From: Batkoa obscura
Lineage: Eukaryota
Length of the DNA: 47,972 nt
Assembly: GCA_030770535.1 (NCBI GenBank)
Contig: JASVEC010000118.1
Location: 1-47,972, forward strand
Reading direction: 5' to 3'
The notes under the pieces: generated by a model
What the model was told of the DNA's origin: nothing
Seen by the model: only the letters and a program-made list of their open reading frames with translations
Databases searched by the model: none
Shown: positions 37,711 through 47,972 of the stretch, one piece after another
How the letters are laid out: every line of letters starts with the position of its first letter
Numbering within the stretch: the stretch's first letter is position 1
Program-made: the position numbers and the translations under genes

Positions 37711-38278
37711 ATGAGATTACTTACCCATAATATGTTAAAATGCAATGTTAAAAATTGTTTAACGGATAACTATCCATTGAAATTAGAACAAGTAGAATTA
37801 GAATCGATTGATACAGAATTTAATCAACAATTTATTGTAAATATGTTGGATCGAATTGATTATGATGCATTGAAAATTACAGCTTATCAGGTAAAAAGTC
37901 TTTTTTATAGATCATAATAAGTGTTATAGACGATAATAGATAGAAGAAAGACAAGGGTTGGAAGTAATCAATAATTACTTAATTTTATTAGTTAGGTCTC
38001 CCTGGACTTCCTGAAAGTTTACCAGAACATTTAGATGAAGATTTATTAAGATTATTACATAATATATTATTAGAGGTAAGTATCAATCTCCTAAAAAGTA
38101 AAATCCCAATATTTAAAATATCAAAAATTCATAGAAGAGTAAAAGATACTAATATAACGGAATTTTTTTATTTTAGACTCAAATCAAATCCGGTTTAATG
38201 GTATGTAATAACTGTCAACATCCATTCGCAATTAAAGATGGTATTGCTAATATGTTATTAGCTGAACATGAGTTATAG
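37711..38278 (+). CDS. TRM112: Methyltransferase activator Trm112, 3 exons
   Basis: MRLLTHNMLKCNVKNC..YPL, FIKILHNILLE, GLMVCNNCQHPFAIKDGIANMLLAEHEL. Stop TAG at 38276-38278. Confidence 0.95.
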
Positions 38279-39845
38279 ACAATAGAAGAATTTTATTTTG
38301 TTAATAAAAAATAGCATAGTATTATTAAATAAGAGATTGATAATTGATGTTGAATGAAATTAAGTATAAATATTGTAATTCATTTTGTAGTTAACGACAA
38401 ACTATATCTTGTTTTTAGCGTTACTTTTTTATTATAGAAGAAGACAAGATTAGATAAGATTAGACAAGATTAACAAAATAAGAATTACCAAGAATTTTTA
38501 TTATTACTTTATCTGTTATAAAAATCTATTTGGTTCTAATTATTATTATTAAAAGCCTTGAGAGCTAGTTTTGTATCATTTTATTACTAAAGGTAAGATT
38601 CTTTTACTTTGAACCTTTTTTATTATATAAAAAACTAATTTCATATCATAAATGAATACTATTGTATTCAATGTACTATATCTTCACTAAAACAACTAAA
38701 CAAAATGATAGATACTATAGATTATAGCCTAAAAACTCATATCTTTGCTCTTTTTCCTAGTATTTTTAACCAAGTTAAACAATTGCTCAATCAATTCACT
38801 ATTATACCATTCAGTTTCAATAAAAGTAAGTACTAAGCTGGCTTCCAAAAGAATGCAGCCATAGTAGAAATTGTTAAAAACAAGAGCAAAGTCAATATTT
38901 TGAATAAATCGAGTATATTCAACGAATACACTTGGTAAATAGTCAAAGGGGAATTCTTACTCAAAATAGTTATTATTTTTTTATTTTTTGGTTCCTATCT
39001 TACAGCTTTACCTAACTTAACTTCAATATCAATTCTTTAACTAAATTCCATTTTGATATTTCTAACCAAAAAATAGTTAATTAGAAACTTGAAATTATTT
39101 GCATTGAATATATAATCTTTGAAAATTGGATTATAAATGGTATCGCTTAACATAAATAAATTGAATTACACAAATTACCAGCTTCCATATTTTACAAAGA
39201 TAGAAACTCAAGCTTTTTAAATAGTATCATGATTTTAAATCAAATAATAGAATAAGAGAAATAAATCCCACTATTTATATGAAACCAACGCATGAATTAA
39301 TATTTACTATAGTATATCGATAATAAAAATATCAAAATAGATTTTTGCAAATGTTAAAAACTACTTCTACCATAACAGTTTGTTAAAATAATGCAACAAT
39401 TGAATTTAAACTTATAAAGAATATTTTAGTTTTTAAAGATCTAAATCCCACATTCAATCCTAGAAAACATCCACACATGTCATTTCTAATGCTTAATTAA
39501 ACCCACAATATCAAATTACCAAAAATGTCTCTATTTAATAGGATGGATGTTCACATGATAAAGCTTTACAACACTTAAAAAATCAACATTTCTATAAAAG
39601 CACTTAAGTTTTTAATTCAGTGAAAACTATTAAGCCGTAAAGAGATGAGAGAAGGTTAGTGTCAACAGTCTTGGGTGCGCCACTTTTCATAATTTGATTA
39701 GGGGTGCAATGATTGATGATATAGGATTGTATTTATAATAATATTTAATAAAAATTTGCATTTATTTATGTTGAGATTTCGTTTTTACAATCATATTAGT
39801 TGAAAAAGATTCAACTAAACTTTTTTCTTTTTCTTTTTTAACTTG

Positions 39846-41576
39846 ATGTTTTCTAAAATTTTACTACCCGCCAACATTGACTTGACGAGATGGCATGGCT
39901 TTATTTGTTTACTTGTAATGTCTTTAACTTTTTTAAGCTTATATAAAATATCTTAATCTTCAACTTAGAATCATGAATATTATTTACAGGTTCAATTAAC
40001 TAAAGAATATAATAAAAATAATCATAAAACATTAAGTCAATTGGGAATTAAGTTTACATTTGATGATGAATTAAAGATGCTATTAGAACCTTATAATGAT
40101 ATTATAGAAATTGTAAGTTTAGTAAATTGAATAACAGTCAACACTTAAAGTAGAAAATATAGAAATTAAAACAACATAATAATTTGGATTTATTTTGGAA
40201 AGAAATAGAAAATGAAATAGTAATATTGAATATTCAATTTGTTATATTAATATATACTTAATTATTTGATTTATTTTAGTATCAAAAAAGGGACTCAGAT
40301 ATAGTATTATTAAAACAGAATAATTCAATAGAACATAGAACTTTAAGTAAAAGACAGTTACCAAGTTATTTACCAATTTTAGTCAATGAATTGGAATTTA
40401 TTGGTTGGAATAAAATAGTTAATTTAAATCAACACTTTAATAAATTTCAATTTGAATTCGAGTAATTAAATTCAATATTAAATAAACAATAATACTAATA
40501 GAAACAATATATCATATTATAGATATATTAATAAATTATTTTTAATACAAGTAGAAATAAGTTCAGAATATCCAAAAATACCACCGGTAATTGATATCAA
40601 TTTACCTAAATATAGTCAACAGATGTTAGCACTGAATAATATTTGTAAACAAAATGAAAAGCAATTATGGTTTGAATTAATATTACCTGAGGTTAAACGA
40701 GTAAATTTTAATTATTTACTAAATTGTAAATAGTAATATTATTAACACATTTATTAGTTAATTTTTAGTTACACTGACTTTTATAGAATCTTACAAGAAT
40801 TAGATGATAATTGTAAAATAATTGAACCAGATCCAGCTACGACTAAAGATTGTATTAGAAGAATACAAATTGAAGAATTGAGTTTTTTACAAGTTGAAAT
40901 TGCTCCATCAAAACCTTTTAATCTACCAAAGATTCTATTTTTTGGTAATAAAGTAGTCAAATGGAATCAGAAATTAAAAGAGAATGTAGAGAAATGGTAA
41001 GCAGAATTTTAATATTGTATTATATTGTGTTATATTATATTATATTATACTATATTATATTATATTATAAAATTAGTTCACCTTTTTTAAAATTATAGGG
41101 ATACTTCACTTACTGTTTATAAGAATTTAATACAAATATTACAAATTGATTTTCAATTTCAACGTGCAATTACAACAAATAATGGTCAACCTACTATTGA
41201 ATGTGGTATCTGTTATTGTTATAAAACCGAAATTAGTTATTTAAATGAAGAAATGAATTCAGAGGAATATTTAACAAAATTAGATAAGTCTCAAGCCCCA
41301 ACTTTTGTTTGTAGTAATAATTATTGCAATAAAATTTATCATCATCAATGTTTATTACAAGTAATTTTATATTAAGAATGATTAAATTTTAATAACAAAT
41401 TGTCAAAATATAGGCTATTAAACATTTACCTACTTCAAGACAAAGTTATCATGTTTGGTTTGGCAAATGTCCTTATTGTGATACGGTAACTTGAATCTAT
41501 TATAATTATAGAATATCAAACTTATTAAAGTATTATTAACTAGCTCTTATCCATTTCCGAAATTGAAATTGAATAA
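39846..41576 (+). CDS. FANCL: E3 ubiquitin ligase FANCL (multi-exon, absent from ORF track)
   Basis: Spliced: MFSKILLPANIDLTRWHGFI, ELEFIGWNKI, FYRILQELDDNCKIIEPDPATTKDCIRRI, and RING ECGICYCY..VCSNNYCNKIYHHQCL..LPTSRQSYHVWFGKCPYC. Confidence 0.9.
41011..41070 (+). repeat. (TATAT)n-like microsatellite in a FANCL intron
   Basis: tattgtattatattgtgttatattatattatattatactatattatattatattat. Confidence 0.7.
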
Positions 41577-41638
41577 TAATGATAATAATAACTTCTTACA
41601 AAGCCTACAATTATTTTTATCATATTTACTATTTTTAT

Positions 41639-42302
41639 TTAATTTTGTTTTACTTTTTCAATCAAATAAAATTCCCTATGAATGGCATTGAATATGGCTC
41701 CAAATAATAATGCAAAGATTGTACACGTAAAAGTAGCTACATTATATGGCATTGAAAAGTCAGGGGTAGGCCAAAATAATATTAAGTTTGTGGTGTAATA
41801 ATAAGGATTAAGGTCATTATTATTATTTAATACGGTAAAAATACCAGCACTAGAATAAAAAAGATTAATATGTAATAATACAAAAGAATAATATTAAATA
41901 ATATTACCTAATAGAAAAACCTTTTTGAGAATCTGGATGATATTGATTAATTGACAAAAATTTAGCAATAAAATTGAGTCTTAATGTAACTTTTGATTTT
42001 GGCTTTAGATTTAATTTCAATTCTAAACTAGATAAATATTCTTGATCTTTAGCTGGTTGATAAGATAAATTAACTATATTTGTTATTGTCTTATTGGAGT
42101 TATTTAATTGATTGAAATCAATTGATTTAAATTCTCTTTCGTTAATTGCCATTTTCATAGAGGACAAATACGGTTGCAATATCCACGGTAAATTTTGTAA
42201 ATAAACTCCACAGATAAATTCATTACTTTGATTTTGTATTTCAATCTCTATTGTCCCATGTAAATTATTTAAATCTATAATTCTTCGTTGAATTGTTATC
42301 TG

Positions 42303-42347
<45 letters not shown>

Positions 42348-43437
42348 GTTATAAATTACTAAATCTTTAATACTTTGTTTTTCATTATCTTTTTTTAGAT
42401 TATATATATTATCATTAATTATAAGTTCACTCCTAGTAGATAGTTTACAATCTTTGAACTCATTACTAATGAATTTACTTAATTCAATACTTTCCCCATT
42501 ACTATTAAATTTTAAACTCGTATCAAATACCAAAGTTAATGTCAAATGTAATTTTAAATTATAGTCATTAATATTATTACATTTTTCTCTCTAAAAAATA
42601 AGAATAAAAACAAATAAATAAATATCAATATTATTAATGATAATAAAACTTTCAACTTACCAAACAAACTGCTTTACTATTGACTCTCATTGAGTGATAT
42701 TTAGTATCATAAATTAATTTGGGTGCTAATAAACTAGCTAATCCAAACTTATTTTTGCAGGGTAATAAATTAATAAAGGGCCTTAGATTTTCAGTACATA
42801 TATCTTCCGAAATATGTAAAAAGCCTACATCTATTTATAAAATAGATAAATAAAATAAGATAAAATAAAATACTGTTTTTACTTACTTTCATTGTTTTTT
42901 TCCAACTCCTCTTTTTCTTCTCTTTGAAAACAAAATTTTGGTTTCACTGTACTCAATTTACTATTAAACTTCATCAATGCTGTACAAAACATACCCGATA
43001 AAGAGCTAGTTGTTTGTTCCCACTTTTCATTGAACTCTTTATTATTAGTAATGTTAAACCAAGTTACCAATTGTACTCCTGAGTTACTGATACTATAGTC
43101 TTTCTTTGCTGATCCATAATGGACACTATTCCAAACCCCTCGAGTGAATTTTAAATCTAATTCTGAGATTTGGTTTTGTAATATGATTTCGCTAAGAGAT
43201 CGACGGATTAAATGATATCTATTGATACCGCCAGCTAAACGAAAAAGATGTTTAATAAGAGTTAGTAGAAAGAAGATGGAAATTACTTGTGGTTGGGTAG
43301 TTATCAATTAGTTGTAAATTTAAATTCAATAATGTATATCGATTATTTAACTTATTGATAGTTAGTTTTTCATTGAATTGAGATTGGATGGCTAATAATT
43401 GAAATATGAGTATTAGTATCAGCTGAATTTGTTTCAT
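41639..43437 (-). CDS. GPI16: GPI transamidase subunit GPI16 / PIG-T (multi-exon)
   Basis: Signal peptide, FNEKLTI, ELDLKFTRGVW, LSGMFCTAL, ICTENLRPFINLLPCKNKFGLASLL, YHPDSQKGF and PTPDFSMPYNV followed by a TM helix. Confidence 0.92.
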
Positions 43438-43570
43438 TTTAAAAATTATTTAAAAAAAGATAAAAAAATTTCAAAGTGATGCAAGCAAAATTCAAATTAT
43501 ATTTTAAAAAAAATGGAATTACAAACATTTACTTATTTTTTTAATTATTTTAATTTCAAATATAAAAAAA

Positions 43571-45120
43571 ATGAGTTCCCCAAATTTAACTAAAAACTTA
43601 GAAGATCCTTTAAAAGAATATGAAATTGGGTTAGATGACATTGCCCAAATCAATGAAAATGAAGTTAGTAGTGAAACTGAAGATATGGAAGATACCTATC
43701 GACAAGAAAAAGAGAGTCGAGATCATAATAAATCAGTTACCATTAATAAAGAAGAACTATATAACTCGGATCACGATGATGAAGAAGGTTATCTAAAAGA
43801 TAGAAAGTTAGGTGAAGGTACCTATGCTGTGGTTTATTTAGGTGAGTGAAGAGGAAAGAGGGATATAAAATGATTATTAATAAAGTTTTATTATTATTAG
43901 GAAAACAAAAAATTACTGGTAGAAAGGTAGCTATTAAAAAGATTAAAGTTCAAGAAATGCAAAATGGATTAGATATATCTTCCATTAGAGAAATTAAATG
44001 CTTAAAAGAATTATCCCATCCAAACATTATTGAAGTAAGTATTAAAATCATTTTTATTTTTTTATTTATTTATTTTAATTAAATTCTTATTTTTATTTTT
44101 CTAGTTAATTGAAGTTTACATGCATAAAACTAGTTTAAACTTAATCTTAGAGTATTTGGAATCGGATTTAGAGCAAGTTATAAAAGATAAAAATTTAGTA
44201 TTTATGCCATCAGATATTAAATCTTGGATGCTAATGACTTTAAGGGGTTTAGAATTTTGTCATGATAATAATATTTTACATAGAGTAAGTTTCAATATTA
44301 TTACTACATAATTATTATTATTATATAGTTTATTTATATTGAATCTCCTATTTAGGATTTAAAACCCAACAATCTATTATTAGCTAGTGATGGTGTATTA
44401 AAATTAGCTGATTTTGGTTTAGCTAGAGAATTTGGAGAGCCATATCCAATGACTTCACAAGTAGTAACAAGGTAACAATAATAATAACACTTTCATGTAC
44501 TTGATTTCAAGAATTAATAAAAAATTAATAGTTGGTATCGAGCCCCAGAATTATATTATGGAGCTACAAGTTATGGTACTGGTATTGATATGTGGTCTGT
44601 TGGTTGTATATTTGCTGAACTTATGCTGCGTACTCCATTCCTTCCAGGAGAATCAGAACTCCAACAACTAGATACTATTTATTCTGCTTTAGGTACTCCT
44701 ACTGATGAGGATTGGCCGGTAGGTTTTAAATTAATATTTTACTTCTATTAATTGAGTTTTGGAATGTTTATTATTACAATTATTATCAAATGTTTTTATT
44801 AATATATCAACTATTTAGGGCAGAACACAATTAAAACATTATTTAAAACATGAACCTATTCAAAAGACACCATTTAAAATGATTTTTAAAGCAGCTACTA
44901 ACGAAGCATTGGACCTTATGGAATCTATGTTTTTATTTGACCCAATGAAAAGAATTACAGCTACAGAAGTAAGTATCTAAAAAACATCGAATTACTTGTT
45001 ATTTATTTTCTATTTCTTTAGGCTATTTCCCATCCTTATTTTCAATTAGAACCCCATCCAACTGCTCCCGAGCTATTACCTAAACTTACAAAGGCACCAA
45101 CAAAGCAAGAGAAAGAATAA
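43571..45120 (+). CDS. KIN28: TFIIH kinase CDK7 / Kin28 (multi-exon)
   Basis: [87 protein letters not shown] and [14 protein letters not shown]. Confidence 0.93.
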
Positions 45121-45220
45121 AAATTTAAATTATTATACTAAAAAGATATTTAAAATAAAATGCAAACAAACAACTTGAATTTTTATTTGATTTTATTAAT
45201 TTATATTTTTTATATAATTT

Positions 45221-46620
45221 TTAATTTTTATGCTTTTTAATCTCTTTTGTATCATTATTTTTTGTATTATCATTTGTATTACTTTCTTTAATATCTTCAT
45301 TTGTTGGTAATTTGCGTTTAACTAATTGATTAATTGGAATAGCATTTTCCTGTGGGCCTTGAAATTCAAATTCTTTAGCAAAAATTTCTTTTGCCATTTG
45401 AGTTACTGCTTCTGGTAAACTTTCTTCATGATCTAAATCAGCTATCTAAAGAAGAAATCAATAATTCATATTTTAAAATCTGATCTATTTAATAGTCTAA
45501 AATTTAAAAAACTTACCTTATCATTAATTTCTTTAGTTAATTGTTTACATTCAATAATTTCTTCCTTTTGATTTTCATTCAATGTTTCTATATGTGAATC
45601 TAAGATATCTAATACTGTTGATAATACTTCTTTGGCCTCTTTTGTTTTATTTAAATACTCATAAGCTACCGCTATCTTATAATGAGCTTCTGCAAATCGT
45701 CGATCATGTGGTTCTAAGCAAGTATATTGAACAACTACAGCAGATCGGTATTCATTTAATGCTTGTTCAAAGTTTTCTGTATATTATTTTTAATAAATAA
45801 AAATTAGTAAAATAAAAAAAGACATACCTGATTCCAGGGAAACATCACCCAATATTAAATAAACTTCGAATAATTTGACACGGATATTATGTAACTTTGT
45901 ATTATTATTATCTTCAATTATTGTAGTTGAACTACATTGCACAGGTGCTTCATTACCACTTTCTTTTTTTTCGATATATTCTTCATAAATGACTCTAGCT
46001 GAATCCAAAGCTTGCCAAGCTAAGGAAAAATCATCCTCTTCTTCGACTTCTTGTTCAGGTACTCTATTTTCTTCAGGTTGCTCATTTTCTAGTTCAGCTA
46101 AATCCATATCTGCACCAAAACTAAAGAACTTTCCTCGCATGTCAGGCAACTCTTCTTCGGAACCTTCATCTTCGGAACCACTATATTCGGATACTTCTTC
46201 ATCTTCTACTTTTACGCTATCTGGATTTTTTGAATTATCGGCAGTGCTTTCTTCTGCTTTTTTATCACCTAAAGCGGCTGTATTCATAACCGCATTTTCA
46301 AGTAATGCTCTTCCATATTTTACTAAGGCATCAGCATTCATCAATGATACTGGACCGTATACTTGTTCACTGAAATTAAAAGTTAGTTTCAAGTGAGATG
46401 TTATTTATTTCAATTAATTCAATAACAATCAATCGATTAGTTGTTTAAAAACTTACATTAAAGCTACTCCTTGAGATAAATAAGTTACTGAAGCTTCAAA
46501 TTTTTTTTGTTGATAATATTGAATACCGGTACCCATTAATTCATTGATTTCATTTTGTAACGTCAATCGTAAGGTAGCTTCGGTGCTCAATTCGTCCACT
46601 TTAGAAGTTGGATTGCTCAT
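45221..46620 (-). CDS. NASP/Sim3/Hif1-family histone chaperone (SHNi-TPR), multi-exon
   Basis: TPR helices, YGRALLE, acidic insert, DDFSLAWQALDSAR..Y, LGDVSLES|ENFEQA, HDRRFAEAHYKIAVAYE and C-terminal INQLVKRK. Confidence 0.88.
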
Positions 46621-47683
46621 TTTGGAAAATTAAAGGAAAGCCAAAATGGTTCTCAATATTAGACTTTTTTCATGAATATTGAGTAGAATTTGATTGGTGG
46701 ATGAATTGAGCAGAAAAAATTAGGCTGATTTTGAGGATATGATTGAGAGTAAAGTTAAGGGATAAAAAATTATTGTTTTGTTTGTATTATATTATCAGGT
46801 ATATATTTCAATATAAGCTATACAATAAGTCTTTCGATTTTTTATTTTATTTTTTATCATTTTAATAGAGCTAGTAGACACACCTCGGAGATCGAAATTT
46901 AATTATACTTCTTAAATTATTACTTACAGACACATACTGCAAAGGAATTAATCTTTTTCATACATTTTTATGAATTGAAAATAATCAATACAATTGTCAT
47001 TTAATTAAACTGTTAAAATCAACAAAATGATATAAAAAAAGGCGTAATAACTTTAAATTTAATTAAACTAAAACTAAATTGTATAAAGATTTAGATTTAT
47101 TTAACTAATACTAAAATTTCATTTAAACAGTAATAAAACAGTTATCTTTATAATATTTCAAATCATGCAATGGACAAATTGATTTTCCTATATCAAAGGA
47201 TATTATGCAAGATTTCTGAATCAAAATCTTGGCAAAAGAATTCTTCCTTTTCTACTTTAGACTCAAAATCAAAGAGTAGCTGTAAGATCTCACAGGATCT
47301 CTGTCTGGCCGTCTACTATCTCTGACAATGTGCAGCTGAGGCTCCTATAATCTACTATTTCTTATGAAGCCTTAATAAGCATCGCCATAGCCACGTCAAT
47401 TCTAAAAATAGTATGCAATAAGGAAAACTTATATTTTCATAATTTTTAAATAAAATAGTTTAATTTAATGATTAAAAATTATGTACATGAAAAAGGATAT
47501 GATTGAATTTAATAAAATAGAAAATAAGTTCGAAATTTTAAGGTTATTATCAATGCTCATACATAATTAAAATTGAGGCTTGAGTTCAAATTGTATATAA
47601 CAAATAGATAAAGAATGTTATGTTTAAGGGTCGATTGTATTTTTTTATACCTTTTTATTATAACATTAGTAGTTTTAGACAAA

Positions 47684-47972
47684 ATGTTACAAGTTTTTAT
47701 ATTAACAATACTAAGCTATTTTACTAAATTAGCAATCAGTGAAGTAAGTAACAACTTTTATGGAGGAGAATGTGAAATCATTGATGATACAATATATTAT
47801 ATGGGAGGACAATTAAACAATGAGTTATTTGAAGATATCATTTATTTGAATTTAAACCAAAATTTCACTATCTATGAAAGTAATTGGCATTATTTAAGTA
47901 TTAGTAATAAAATCTCCATGATGTATCCCAATTTGATATCTCGTGGTAGTAATTATAATGATATTTATTTTT
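47684..47972 (+). CDS. 5' part of a secreted/membrane kelch (galactose oxidase-like beta-propeller) protein, runs off window
   Basis: MLQVFILTILSYFTKLAIS signal-like peptide, then FYGGECEIIDDTIYYMGG..IIYLNLNQNFTI..NW. Frame is open to the window end. Confidence 0.65.
   Translation, partial: MLQVFILTILSYFTKLAISEVSNNFYGGECEIIDDTIYYMGGQLNNELFEDIIYLNLNQNFTIYESNWHYLSISNKISMMYPNLISRGSNYNDIYF

Noticed and set aside
39600..39725. GC-richer patch upstream of FANCL as a possible snoRNA or tRNA
   Set aside because: No convincing box C/D pair, H/ACA layout or cloverleaf found by eye; it may simply be promoter sequence.
43200..43310. Apparent frameshift between two PIG-T ORFs
   Set aside because: Explained by an intron with GTAATT donor, TACTAAC branch site and TTTAG acceptor.

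Overview
AT-rich eukaryotic DNA with short (mostly ~40-110 nt) GT-AG introns. Gene content and style suggest an early-diverging fungus, possibly Entomophthoromycotina/Conidiobolus-like (inference). Two housekeeping blocks flank a ~24 kb accessory island. The left block (1-5.3 kb) holds the 3' part of DNA polymerase alpha, NHX1 and zeta-COP. The right block (29.6-46.6 kb) holds IML1/DEPDC5, ZNHIT2, NF-YC/HAP5, TRM112, FANCL, GPI16/PIG-T, CDK7/KIN28 and a NASP/Sim3 chaperone, followed by the start of a kelch-like secreted protein. The island contains: two near-identical, inverted 2.44 kb Sola-type DDD transposons (ATAT target duplications) sharing one in-frame stop; five of six copies of a ~95 bp MITE with ANNT target duplications; two ML/NPC2-domain paralogs; a decayed collagen-like (Gly-X-Y) gene eroded mainly by G>A/C>T changes; and three tandem secreted Pro/Gln/Glu/Cys-repeat genes with a conserved promoter. 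All family calls come from motif recognition by eye; no searches were run.
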